In this document: piece by piece, positions 34,922 to 44,688 of the stretch | Position numbering within the stretch: the first letter of the stretch is position 1 | Layout: every line of letters starts with the position of its first letter | NCBI GenBank assembly: GCA_963667765.2 | Contig: CAXXON010000001.1 | Location: forward strand, 1,055,087-1,119,086 | Reading direction: 5' to 3' | From: Dehalococcoidia bacterium | Lineage (GTDB): Bacteria; Chloroflexota; Dehalococcoidia; Lucifugimonadales; UBA3495 | DNA: 64,000 nucleotides | Notes under the pieces: generated by a model | What the model was told of the DNA's origin: nothing | Database searches by the model: none | What the model saw: only the letters and a program-made list of their open reading frames with translations | Translations under genes and position numbers: made by a program

Positions 34922-36775
34922 GTGACAGTTGTAGATGACATAAAAGCCCGCCTGGACATCCTTGAGGTCGTGGGGCAGAAGGTTCAGCTGCAGCGGTCGG
35001 GCCGCAGCTACAAGGGCAATTGCCCGTTCCACCAGGAGCGCACCCCATCCTTCCATGTCTTTCCGGACCGCCAGTCGTGGCGCTGCTTCGGGGCCTGCGC
35101 CACCGGCGGTGATGCCATCGGCTTCGTGATGCGCTCGGAAAACCTGGAGTTCGGCGAGGCGATGCGTCAGCTGGCCCGCCGGGCGGGAGTCACGATCCCT
35201 GACCGGCGAGATGCGCGACCGGATTCTCCCGCCTACCGTATAAACGAGGCGGCCTGCGCCTATTTCCAGCGCTTCCTCGCGTCCAGCCAGGGCTCCCATG
35301 CGCGTTCCTACATGGAGAACCGGGGGCTTGACCGGGCCGCGAGCGAGGCTTTCCAGCTTGGTCTGGCCCCGCCCCACGGCGACTCCCTGCGCAGCCACCT
35401 GCTCCGGGAGGGATTCGATCCCCAGCAGTTAACCGCAGCAGGAGTGGTGCGGGAGAGCGACGATGGCGAGCAACGCGACCTGTTCCGCGGCCGCCTGATG
35501 GTCCCGATTCGCGACCCCGAGGGACGCCTGGCCGGCTTCGGCGGCAGGGCCCTGGATGATGCACAGCCCAAGTACATCAACTCTCCGCAGAGCGAGGTCT
35601 TCGATAAGAGCAGAATTCTGTATGCCCTCGACCGGGCCCGGGACGACATCAGGAAGAGCGGCGCAGTCATCGTAGAAGGCTACATGGACGCCATAGCTGC
35701 TCACCAGGCCGGGTTCCTCAATGTGGTGGCCTCGATGGGCACGGCCCTCACGGAGCCGCAGGTCAGCGCAATACGGCGCCTGACGGGCAGCGTAACGATG
35801 GCTCTGGACCAGGACGCCGCCGGGCAACAGGCCACGCTGCGGAGTCTCGAGTCGTCGTGGCGCATCTTCCAGAGTAGGGTGGCAGGCCAATCCGGCGGCA
35901 CGACCCTGTTGCAGCGGCAGGAAAATCCGGAAATCCGCATCGCCGCATTGCCAGCCGGCCAAGACCCGGACGATGTGATACGGCGTTCCCCTGAGGAATG
36001 GAGACGGCTGGTGGGAAGTGCCAGGCCACTGCTCGACTTCGTCATCGCGGCAATGTCGGCCGGTGTCGACCCGGCAGCGCCGCAGGGCAAGGCGGCGGTG
36101 GCGGAGCAAGTCTCGCGTCTCATCTTCGCCCTGCCGGATGCCATGCAGCAGGACCGCTACCTGCAGATGCTGGCCGAGAGCCTTGAGGTGCCGCTGGAGG
36201 CTCTGCGCGCCAGCATCACCCGCCCAGCGCCGGCCCGGAGGAGCCGGCAGGCTGCCCCCAGGCGCGAGAACGCCGGGCAGGAACCTGCGCAGGCCACTTC
36301 GTCGCCGTTCGCGCGGCTGGACCACGACCCGGTGGAGGAATATTGCCTGACCCTGCTGATGCGCTTCCCGGAGCTCCAGGACTATGCTGAAACACTGACC
36401 GCGGAGCATTTCCGGCGGCCGGAAAACCGCGAGATCTTCAGCAACTATCTCGTGTCCGCTTCCGGCTTCGAGGACAGCTCTGAAGAGGATATGGTTGTAC
36501 CGGACGATGCGCCGCCGGGCGTCCGCGAACAGGTTGAAGCGCTCCAACGCAAGTCGCTCCACCCCATGGACCTCATAAAGCGGCGGCGAGCTATGGCGGA
36601 TGTGGTGGCGCGCCTGGAGGAACGCAGCCTGAGGCAACAGAAGAGGGACGAGCAGGACCGCTTCGCCGATACTGTGGATGCACTGGGCGAAGAGGAACAC
36701 CTGGGTGCGGTGGCCCTGAACGAGCGGCTCAGGCAGACCCTGCACCAGCGTACGGGCACTCGTTCAGAACGCTAG
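34922..36775 (+). CDS. dnaG: DNA primase
   Basis: GTG start after AAGGAGGG. CHC2 zinc finger CPFHQERTPSFHV...WRCFGAC and TOPRIM ...VIVEGYMDAIA. Confidence 0.9.
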   Translation: MTVVDDIKARLDILEVVGQKVQLQRSGRSYKGNCPFHQERTPSFHVFPDRQSWRCFGACATGGDAIGFVMRSENLEFGEAMRQLARRAGVTIPDRRDARPDSPAYRINEAACAYFQRFLASSQGSHARSYMENRGLDRAASEAFQLGLAPPHGDSLRSHLLREGFDPQQLTAAGVVRESDDGEQRDLFRGRLMVPIRDPEGRLAGFGGRALDDAQPKYINSPQSEVFDKSRILYALDRARDDIRKSGAVIVEGYMDAIAAHQAGFLNVVASMGTALTEPQVSAIRRLTGSVTMALDQDAAGQQATLRSLESSWRIFQSRVAGQSGGTTLLQRQENPEIRIAALPAGQDPDDVIRRSPEEWRRLVGSARPLLDFVIAAMSAGVDPAAPQGKAAVAEQVSRLIFALPDAMQQDRYLQMLAESLEVPLEALRASITRPAPARRSRQAAPRRENAGQEPAQATSSPFARLDHDPVEEYCLTLLMRFPELQDYAETLTAEHFRRPENREIFSNYLVSASGFEDSSEEDMVVPDDAPPGVREQVEALQRKSLHPMDLIKRRRAMADVVARLEERSLRQQKRDEQDRFADTVDALGEEEHLGAVALNERLRQTLHQRTGTRSER

Positions 36776-36869
36776 GCGGTTAAAGTCAGCCGGTGGGGCT
36801 TGGCTAATAAGGAAATATAACCAGGTTAATTGTTGATCATAATTTTTCCACCTTACTCAAGGAGATTGC

Positions 36870-39038
36870 ATGGTAAGTCATCGAAGCGCATCCAGAGAAC
36901 TCAACCCGGAGGATTTCCTCGAGAATTCTACCGAGGAATCCCAGGAACGGGATCCGATAATCGACATCTTCCGCAAGGTTGACGCGGTCAACTCGGAAGG
37001 AGCCGAAGACGGAGACGAGATGGCGGTCCCGCGCCCGGCGGCAGTTGCGGTCGTCGGCGAAGAGGAACAGTGGGACGGTACTGAGACTGAGAACACCACG
37101 GAAACCACCGACGGGACCACCACGGAGACTGAATCTGAAACCGAAGATAACGAGCGCGGACCGGAAGCCGCCGAGACCGTGGAGGTCCTGGACGACCCCG
37201 TCCGGATGTACTTGCGTGAAATCGGCCGCGTGCGACTGCTGACTTCGGCGGACGAGCGCAAACTGGCCCGCCAGCTGGAGGGCGGCAAGCACCTGCAGGC
37301 AGTCAAGGCGGAGCTCGTCGGGGAACTGGAAGAAGACCCGCGGCCGTGGCAGATAACCGGCAGGCTCATGGACCGCATTGCCGGAAACGAGCCGCTGATC
37401 AACGCTATGGCCCGCGACTTCCAGATGCGCCTGGACAGCGCTCTCTCCCAGCTCCTGGACACGCCGGAGTTGAAGGCCCTCATCTTCCCAGATGCGCCTC
37501 CGAGCGAATCGCTCGATGTCGACGGAGTGGAGGACCAGGCGGATGAGGACGGCACGGACGGCGAGGCCGCCAATCCCACTCTCGCCGAGATATTGGACGA
37601 TGAGGAGTTGGATGAAGGCCTGAGGGCCCGGCTGCGGGAAGTGCAGGAAGGGGAAGTGCTTCCTGCGGGCGCCAGGCTGTCTGACATCCTGGAAAACCCC
37701 GAGGTCAATGAACAGGTGAAGGCAGGCCTTCGCGAAGCCTACAACGCCGGCCCTGCGGGAGAAGGCATCGCCGACGAGTCTGCAATAGAGCCAGAACCGC
37801 CGCTTGAACCGGCGACAATTCAAGATGCAGAGAAGGAGCCCTTCAACCCCACCCTGTCGGAAATCCTCGACATGCCGGAGTTGAGGGAAGCCATTTCGCC
37901 GGAGCTGCGCCAGGCCATCAAGCAGGATGTGCTGCCCTTCAATCCTGACCTGTCGCAGATCCTGGAGCACCGGGGACAATTGGGGCAAATGAACGGCAAC
38001 CTATTGCCGGTCAACCCGTCGCTGTCGCAGATTGTGGGCAACACCAAGCTGCGCAGTTCGATCGACGCGGAAGTGTCGCAGGAAATGCTGGGCCGACTGT
38101 CGGAGGAACTGGATGAGCCCTCCGAGGATGTATATAAGAGGGTGATCGACCTCTCCCTCAGTTCATGGGTGATGGCCCCCAACACCGTCGATGCGCTCCA
38201 GGACATCCAGCTGACGGGGTTGGGGTCTGCGCTGGGCAATCCGGAGCATTCCGCGAGGCTGCAGCGTCTCGACCCCCTGCTGCGCCAACACTACAGTCGG
38301 GTTCAGGCCGACAGCGAGCGCGCCCAGTCGCACCTGACCGAGGCCAACCTCCGCCTGGTGGTCAGCGTGGCCAAGAAGTACATCGGGCGGGGAATGGCGC
38401 TGCTGGACATGATCCAGGAGGGCAACATCGGCCTGATCCGGGCGGTCGAAAAGTTTGACTACCGCAAGGGTTACAAGTTCAGTACCTATGCCACTTGGTG
38501 GATCCGCCAGGCCATCACCCGATCCATCGCCGACCAGGCCAGGACCATACGGATTCCGGTCCACATGGTGGAGACGATCAACAAGCTGATGCGGCAGCAC
38601 CGCCGGCTTCTCCAGGAATACGGCCGCGAGCCCACACCTGAAGAAATCGGCCAGGCTATGGAGATCGGGCCGGAGAAGGTGGAGGAAATCCTCAAGATAT
38701 CCCAGGAGCCCGTGTCCCTGGAGACGCCCATTGGAGAGGAAGAGGACTCGCACCTCGGCGATTTCATCGAGGACCGAAATGCGCCGGCGCCAGCCGACGC
38801 GGCATCGTTCCAGCTTCTGAAAGAACAGGTGGACGAAGTCCTGCACACCCTGACCGAGCGGGAAGCCCGGGTGCTGGTGCTCCGGTTCGGTCTGGAAGAC
38901 GGCCGTAGCCGGACACTGGAGGAGGTAGGCCGCGAGTTCGGGGTAACCAGGGAACGTATTCGTCAGATCGAAGCAAAAGCGTTGCGAAAACTGAGACACC
39001 CGACCAGGTCCAGGAAACTTCGCGATTTCTTGGAGTAA
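36870..39038 (+). CDS. rpoD: Primary RNA polymerase sigma factor with an enlarged repeat-containing non-conserved region
   Basis: Region 1.2 [17 protein letters not shown], region 2 ...LVVSVAKKY...[35 protein letters not shown]..., and region 4 ...[20 protein letters not shown]... Confidence 0.95.
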   Translation: MVSHRSASRELNPEDFLENSTEESQERDPIIDIFRKVDAVNSEGAEDGDEMAVPRPAAVAVVGEEEQWDGTETENTTETTDGTTTETESETEDNERGPEAAETVEVLDDPVRMYLREIGRVRLLTSADERKLARQLEGGKHLQAVKAELVGELEEDPRPWQITGRLMDRIAGNEPLINAMARDFQMRLDSALSQLLDTPELKALIFPDAPPSESLDVDGVEDQADEDGTDGEAANPTLAEILDDEELDEGLRARLREVQEGEVLPAGARLSDILENPEVNEQVKAGLREAYNAGPAGEGIADESAIEPEPPLEPATIQDAEKEPFNPTLSEILDMPELREAISPELRQAIKQDVLPFNPDLSQILEHRGQLGQMNGNLLPVNPSLSQIVGNTKLRSSIDAEVSQEMLGRLSEELDEPSEDVYKRVIDLSLSSWVMAPNTVDALQDIQLTGLGSALGNPEHSARLQRLDPLLRQHYSRVQADSERAQSHLTEANLRLVVSVAKKYIGRGMALLDMIQEGNIGLIRAVEKFDYRKGYKFSTYATWWIRQAITRSIADQARTIRIPVHMVETINKLMRQHRRLLQEYGREPTPEEIGQAMEIGPEKVEEILKISQEPVSLETPIGEEEDSHLGDFIEDRNAPAPADAASFQLLKEQVDEVLHTLTEREARVLVLRFGLEDGRSRTLEEVGREFGVTRERIRQIEAKALRKLRHPTRSRKLRDFLE

Positions 39039-39044
39039 TATTAC

Positions 39045-39072
39045 ACAAAACCCGGTATTAACCGGGTTTTGT
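39045..39072 (+). terminator. Rho-independent terminator after rpoD
   Basis: ACAAAACCCGGT-atta-ACCGGGTTTTGT. The T-run forms part of the 3' arm. Confidence 0.75.
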
Positions 39073-39233
39073 AGTATATGGACTGCTGTGAGATGGTGGT
39101 GAGGATTTGATCGCAGGTAAAAGCGAAGTGAAGAGACGGCAGGGAGAAGGTAATATAATTGACATAATGTAAAGAAATGCGTCGTTATGTAAACTGAATT
39201 CGTCAAAATAATAAATACCAACGGTTGAATTAG

Positions 39234-39263
39234 TTGAATGAATGGCGGGTAGCACGCTATACT
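39234..39263 (+). promoter_or_regulatory. Sigma-70-like promoter
   Basis: TTGAAT (39234-39239), an 18-nt spacer, then TATACT (39258-39263), inside an AT-rich spacer. Confidence 0.4.
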
Positions 39264-39295
39264 CGCCCCAGTCGCCAGTGAGGGAGGTGGTTCCT

Positions 39296-39508
39296 GTGGG
39301 TGAAATGACCGTACCCAAGTGCCTTAAATGCGACATCGGCTATCTCGTACCGTTGTCGGACTACGGTGGTCAGGGTGCAGCCGTGCATTACAAGGCTTGG
39401 GTGTGCGTGAATCCGCCTTGTGGATTCAACATCAAGATTCGTAACGGGGACATTTACCTGAACGAGCCGATTTCCCCCGGAACGATGAACGCCCCCAGGG
39501 CTCGTTAG
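39296..39508 (+). CDS. Small zinc-ribbon protein (about 70 aa)
   Basis: CLKC...(29 aa)...CVNPPC gives a four-Cys pattern. The start is set at GTG 39296 (GGGAGG 8 nt upstream), because the track start 39242 lies inside the predicted promoter. ATG 39305 is also possible. Confidence 0.45.
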   Translation: MGEMTVPKCLKCDIGYLVPLSDYGGQGAAVHYKAWVCVNPPCGFNIKIRNGDIYLNEPISPGTMNAPRAR

Positions 39509-39673
39509 CGGGAAACCGTACCGGTCCTGGGCAAAGGCAGAGCAATTGAAACGCCTCCGCCGTACTCCCTGAACGCTCCGGGGATTAGCAGCGTGGTGGT
39601 GATGTGAGGTTCCCGGTCCCGGCTAGCCGCCCAGTCAAAGGCGGCTTCCGGGGAACCCGGGAGGAGGGATGCT

Positions 39674-40501
39674 ATGTTAGCCGGATATGATTACCTGATC
39701 TTGCGTGGGGGAGCCCGGCGGTTCTGGACCAGAACCCGGATCGCAGGGGCATCGCTGGTAATTGCGGGAGGACTTCTCATCGGGTTGGGCGGCGCCTATT
39801 ACGGATACGCCAGCAGTGCCCGCGCCAGTCTTGAGAAGTATCAGGTCTCTAAAGTGGAGCTTGTTCCCGTTTATGAGCACGAAGCTCCGGAGGCCAGACT
39901 CGCGCCTTCTTCCAATGAAGTTATACCTGAGGCTTCCCTCTATTCCGGAGACGCCGGAGCCATTCGGGTGGATACCGGCCCGGATCTCCCCCAAGGCTTC
40001 GCGCTGATCAACTTCGCCACAGAAGAGAGCCCATTGACCGAGCAACCGGCTGCCACTAGGCTGCGGATTCCGGCGATTGGTATCGAGTCAACCGTCGTTG
40101 AGCTGTCGGTCCGCGACCTGGGCGACCAGTTGGCCTACCAGACTCCCAACCGCACCGTCGGGCACATCCCGGAGACCAACGACGCCGGTGAGAATGGTGA
40201 GGCCTGGTTCTTCGGCCACACAGAGAGCCCGATACTTGACGAGGGTTCGGTCTTCCTGAACCTGCAACAGATTCCCGACCTGCTGAGGGCAGGGAAGGAC
40301 GTCCAGATCATCACCGACAACGGAACTGAGGAGTTCCTGTACCAGGTGACCGCGACCAGGGTCGTTCACGAGGACGACCTGACTTTAGAGTCCGGTGGCG
40401 GTCCCCAGATTCACTTGGTTTCTTGCGTGCCGCGCCTGGTGTATGACCATCGGCTGATCGTCGATGCGGAGCTCATCGCGAGCAGGGCAAGAAGCACCTA
40501 G
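39674..40501 (+). CDS. Sortase-family transpeptidase
   Basis: N-terminal TM anchor, ...LRIPAIGIES..., ...WFFGHTE..., active-site context IHLVSCVP, and a downstream Arg. Confidence 0.7.
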   Translation: MLAGYDYLILRGGARRFWTRTRIAGASLVIAGGLLIGLGGAYYGYASSARASLEKYQVSKVELVPVYEHEAPEARLAPSSNEVIPEASLYSGDAGAIRVDTGPDLPQGFALINFATEESPLTEQPAATRLRIPAIGIESTVVELSVRDLGDQLAYQTPNRTVGHIPETNDAGENGEAWFFGHTESPILDEGSVFLNLQQIPDLLRAGKDVQIITDNGTEEFLYQVTATRVVHEDDLTLESGGGPQIHLVSCVPRLVYDHRLIVDAELIASRARST

Positions 40502-40535
40502 CACAGGTCTCTGCCAGAAGCGCTTCAGTGGCGGC

Positions 40536-41465
40536 CTAACCGGGATCCTCGGTTGGGCCGTCGCTCTGTTTTGTGATCTTGAGAGTCCGCAGCCTTCTGC
40601 CAGCCACGGACACCACTTCAACGCGGAGCTCCCCGTTTTCCGCAACATCCCCGACATGAGGGATACGTCCGAGCTGATGGTATACAAAGCCACCGACCGT
40701 GTCGAAATCGTCGCTGTCGATGCTAACCCCGAAAAGGTCCTCAACATCCTCTGTGCTGAGTCCTGCGCTTACTACGACGGCCCCCATGTTGTCATGGACT
40801 ATTTCCGCCTCTCTGGACCGGGAGAACTCGTCCTCAATCTCGCCTACGATTTCCTCGAGTACATCCTCCATGGTAACCAGGCCCTCGGTACCGCCGTATT
40901 CGTCAACTACGATGGCGATCTGGGTGCGGCGTTCCCGAAACTCCTCCAGGAGCTCGTCGACTCTCTTGGATTCTGGCACGACGAAGGCTGGACGAGTCAG
41001 GGAGCGGACGGTGCTTTCGGTCTCCGGGTTCGCGATGGCCGCCAGCAGGTCGCGGACATAAATAATGCCGAGAACATCGTCTATGTTTTCGTCAAAAACA
41101 GGGATCCGGCTGTGGCCGTGCTCGACAATTGTGGCGGCGGCCTCGTGTAGCGAAACGCTGGCCTCGATTGCCACCATGTCCAGGCGAGGCACCATGACCT
41201 CACGAACCGTGGTGTAATCAAGCTCGATGATGGACCGTAGCATCTCCCGTTCCCGGGGATCCAGGCCGCTGATCTCCGCTTCAGTGATGGGCGGTTCCTC
41301 GGAAGGAACTATCAGTCCGGCGTAGTGGTCGGGATGGATCAGGCCATCGTCGCCTTGGGCCCCGCCACCGTTTCCGAAGTGAGCACCCTCGGTGACGCGG
41401 GCCTTACGGCCTTCGGTCTTGCCTTCGCGACGGAACAGCCGTCCCAGCCAGTCGAAACTAGGCAT
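40536..41465 (-). CDS. CBS-pair plus CorC/HlyC transporter-associated-domain protein (CorC/TlyC-like)
   Basis: ...TVREVMVPRLDMVAI...GHSRIPVF...IAIVVDEYGGTEGLVTMEDVLEEIVGEIEDE... is canonical. Confidence 0.85.
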   Translation of the reverse strand: MPSFDWLGRLFRREGKTEGRKARVTEGAHFGNGGGAQGDDGLIHPDHYAGLIVPSEEPPITEAEISGLDPREREMLRSIIELDYTTVREVMVPRLDMVAIEASVSLHEAAATIVEHGHSRIPVFDENIDDVLGIIYVRDLLAAIANPETESTVRSLTRPAFVVPESKRVDELLEEFRERRTQIAIVVDEYGGTEGLVTMEDVLEEIVGEIEDEFSRSREAEIVHDNMGAVVVSAGLSTEDVEDLFGVSIDSDDFDTVGGFVYHQLGRIPHVGDVAENGELRVEVVSVAGRRLRTLKITKQSDGPTEDPG

Positions 41466-41698
41466 GGATGGGCCCAGCGCAGGCCAAACGGGCGTCAGCG
41501 AAGAGTAATGGGTCGTGGCGTTCCGCGATGACGGGCTCCGGGTACGAAGCGCCAGCCGAGCGGGAATGCATTAACACGAGGTGGAGACGCGCAGGGGATA
41601 AACCAGGAGGTGCGTTTTCTGTATCCAAACCCCAAACTCCCGAAACTCAGGCTGCTGCAGAATTCCCGGTGAGCATGCAGCAACGCTCGGAGGACGGG

Positions 41699-43045
41699 CT
41701 ATTTCAAGTTCCGTCTAATAGTAGCAGGCACGCCTACGGCGAGTCTAGCCGGAGGAATGTCTTTGGTCACAACGGACCCCGCACCAGTGATCGAGCCCTC
41801 CCCCACCGTAACAGGCGCAACGAGCATGGTATCGCAGCCTATGAATGCGTCGTCTTCCACCACGGTTCGGTGCTTGTCTTTGCCATCATAGTTGCAGGTT
41901 ATCATTCCCGCGCCCACATTGACCCTTTCCCCAATCGTGGCGTCCCCGGCGTAGCCGAAGTGGCCCATAACAGCGCCAGCCCTGAACCTGCTCTCTTTGA
42001 CTTCCACATAATTGCCGATGTGCACTCCCGACTCCAGGTACGCGCCCGGCCTCAGGTGGCTGAAGGGACCAATGTCGGTGTGGTCCTCCATCGTCGCTTC
42101 CTCCAGGGCCGAAGAGGTCACCCTGCAGCTGTTCCCGATCATCGAGTCCCGTATCACCGAATTCGGGCCGATTTCGCAGTCTTCGCCGATGGAGGTGCGG
42201 CCCGTGATCATGGTGTTTGGCAGGATCACGGTGTCCATGCCGATCGATACATCGGCGCCAATATAAACCGTATCCGGATCGGTCATCGTGACTCCCTCCA
42301 TCATCCAGACCTCCCGGATCCGGTCTCCCATGACCCTTTCAGCAAAAGCAAGCTGGGCCCGGTTGTTGACCCCCCAGACCTCTTCCATCTCAGCGACAAG
42401 AGTCGCCGTTACCGTATCCCCGCTGCTTGCCGCCATGCCCGCCAGGTCGGTGAGGTAGAGTTCGCCGGACGGCTGAGGCTGAACCCTCCCCAGGGCCTCC
42501 CTGAGCCAGTGGGTCTCGAAGCAGTAAACCCCGGCGTTTATAAGAGGTGCAAGGTCGTCGTCGGTGTAAATGGCATCATGGGCCTCTACGATCCTTGACA
42601 CTCCGCTATCCTCCAATACAACCCTGCCGAGGTCGGAGGTTCCGTCGTTGGGAGCGGTCAGCACCGTCATCGAAGCCCGGCTCTCCAGGTGATCGTCAAT
42701 CAGCGCCTGGAGTGAATCGTCGGTAACCAGCGGAGTATCTGCTCCGATGACCACCACCTGTTCGAATTTGGCATTCAGATGGACCTGGCAAGCCATGACG
42801 GCCCCTCCGGTACCATCTCGCCGCTCCTGCAGAGCGTATTCCACCGCATCTCCCAGCGCCGCTCTGATGGCATCATGGTTGTCCGGAGACACGACCACAA
42901 TCACTCGATCGGCACCGGCCTTCTTGAGCAACTCCACCGGGTAGCGGACCATCTCCCTCCCGCAGATTCGGTGGAGGGGCTTGGGAATCCGCGAGCGCAT
43001 CCGCTTGCCCTCTCCCGCTGCCATTACGATGCCGATGAACGCCAT
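41699..43045 (-). CDS. glmU: Bifunctional UDP-N-acetylglucosamine pyrophosphorylase / glucosamine-1-phosphate N-acetyltransferase
   Basis: The start is set at MAFIGIVMAAGEGKRMRS (GGAGG 8 nt upstream). The C-terminal half has left-handed beta-helix hexapeptide repeats. Confidence 0.9.
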   Translation of the reverse strand: MAFIGIVMAAGEGKRMRSRIPKPLHRICGREMVRYPVELLKKAGADRVIVVVSPDNHDAIRAALGDAVEYALQERRDGTGGAVMACQVHLNAKFEQVVVIGADTPLVTDDSLQALIDDHLESRASMTVLTAPNDGTSDLGRVVLEDSGVSRIVEAHDAIYTDDDLAPLINAGVYCFETHWLREALGRVQPQPSGELYLTDLAGMAASSGDTVTATLVAEMEEVWGVNNRAQLAFAERVMGDRIREVWMMEGVTMTDPDTVYIGADVSIGMDTVILPNTMITGRTSIGEDCEIGPNSVIRDSMIGNSCRVTSSALEEATMEDHTDIGPFSHLRPGAYLESGVHIGNYVEVKESRFRAGAVMGHFGYAGDATIGERVNVGAGMITCNYDGKDKHRTVVEDDAFIGCDTMLVAPVTVGEGSITGAGSVVTKDIPPARLAVGVPATIRRNLK

Positions 43046-43194
43046 AGCCGCAACCTCCGGCGGCCGGGCTCGTGCGATGGCCGCACATAGATTATAGCTA
43101 CATGGGGTCTTCCTTCGCTGGCTCTGCGTTGACACGGAAATGCGGCAGGGTCAAAATTGGCCCTCTCCCGTATTCACTACCAGGGAAGTTGGAA

Positions 43195-44619
43195 ATGGAT
43201 CGCAACGAATTACCTTTTCTGAGCGCGCTGGAATTGGCGGAACTGTTCAAGTCGGGCCAGGCCTCGCCTGTCGATGCGACGGAAGCCTATCTGGCCCGCA
43301 TCGAGCAGGTCGACTCCGCTCTCAACTCATACATTACCGTTACCGCCGACCGTGCCCGGGCCGATGCCCGACGGGCTGAGGCAGAGATCGCTGCAGGGAA
43401 TCATCGCGGCCCCCTTCACGGCGTGCCTGTGGCTGTGAAGGACCAGTTCTGCACCGATGGCGTCCTCACCACCGGAGGCTCATCCATCCTGGAAGACTAT
43501 GTACCAGAGTACGACGCCACGGTGATGGGCAAGCTGAAGGATGCGGGGGCGGTGTTGCTGGGCAAGCTCAACATGAGCGAGTTCGCCATGGGAGACGCCT
43601 TTCATCATCCCTATGGCCGCCCACGAAACCCTTGGGACCTGTCCCGCAACCCCGGCACCTCCAGCAGCGGATCCGGAGCGGCCACGGCTGCGTTCCTCTG
43701 CGCCACCTCGCTTGGAGAGGACACCGCCGGCTCCATCCGGGGTCCCGCCGCCTTCTGCGGACTGGTCGGCATTCGCCCCACCTGGGGGTTGGTCAGCCGG
43801 TACGGAATGCTGGCTTCCACCTGGTCCATGGACGCCGCCGGACCCATCTCGCGGACGGTGAAAGACTGCGCCGTAACCCTCGCTGCCATCGCGGGCCATG
43901 ATCCCAACGACAACTACACTCGAAACGCCCCGGTGCCCGACTATCTTGAAGGCATCGAAGCCGGTATCCAGGGCCTGAGGTTCGGCATTCTCAGCGACCG
44001 CATCAACGCTGACGGAGTGGAGCCCGACACTCGCGACACCGTGAACGCTGCGATTGCCCACATGGGCGAACTGGGCGCGGAGGCCGAAGATGTATCCATT
44101 CCGCTGATTGCCCAATCGGCGGCGATATCCACAACCCTGATATACACCGACGCCACTGCCGTCCATCGCAAGGGGCTGGAAGAATACCCGGAAAAGTACG
44201 ACCACAACAACCGGGTGCGCCTGCTGACCGGTGCACTGATCCCCGCCCAGGCACATCACAAGGCCAACCGGCTGCGCCAGATGATGAGGGACCAGATTCT
44301 GGATGCACTCAACCAGGTTGACATATTGGTCATGCCCACATCATCGGTGCAGGCCACGCCGATCCCCGCGGAGGCGGGAATGGCGAAGAATGGGAAAGAG
44401 GAATTTCTCGCGATGCTGGGCGGGCGGCGCACCTACACCACGCCGTCCAACATGGCAGGGGTGCCAGCGCTGTCCATCAACTGCGGCTTCACCTCCGACG
44501 GCCTTCCCGTCGGCCTGCAACTCATGGGCCGCCCTTTCGACGAGGCCACCCTCTTCCGAGCCGCCTACGCCTATGAACAGTCCACAAACTGGCACACCCG
44601 TCGCCCGCCTCACATCTAG
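43195..44619 (+). CDS. Amidase-signature enzyme (GatA-like amidase), paralogue 1
   Basis: ...LHGVPVAVKDQF... and GTSSSGSGAATAA. The start is set at MDRNELPFL (ATG 43195). Confidence 0.85.
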   Translation: MDRNELPFLSALELAELFKSGQASPVDATEAYLARIEQVDSALNSYITVTADRARADARRAEAEIAAGNHRGPLHGVPVAVKDQFCTDGVLTTGGSSILEDYVPEYDATVMGKLKDAGAVLLGKLNMSEFAMGDAFHHPYGRPRNPWDLSRNPGTSSSGSGAATAAFLCATSLGEDTAGSIRGPAAFCGLVGIRPTWGLVSRYGMLASTWSMDAAGPISRTVKDCAVTLAAIAGHDPNDNYTRNAPVPDYLEGIEAGIQGLRFGILSDRINADGVEPDTRDTVNAAIAHMGELGAEAEDVSIPLIAQSAAISTTLIYTDATAVHRKGLEEYPEKYDHNNRVRLLTGALIPAQAHHKANRLRQMMRDQILDALNQVDILVMPTSSVQATPIPAEAGMAKNGKEEFLAMLGGRRTYTTPSNMAGVPALSINCGFTSDGLPVGLQLMGRPFDEATLFRAAYAYEQSTNWHTRRPPHI

Positions 44620-44688
44620 GAAGAATCGCACTAAGTTGTGAATCCTTTACCGCATCTAGAGAGCGCTTGAGGACTCCAAGGAGACATA

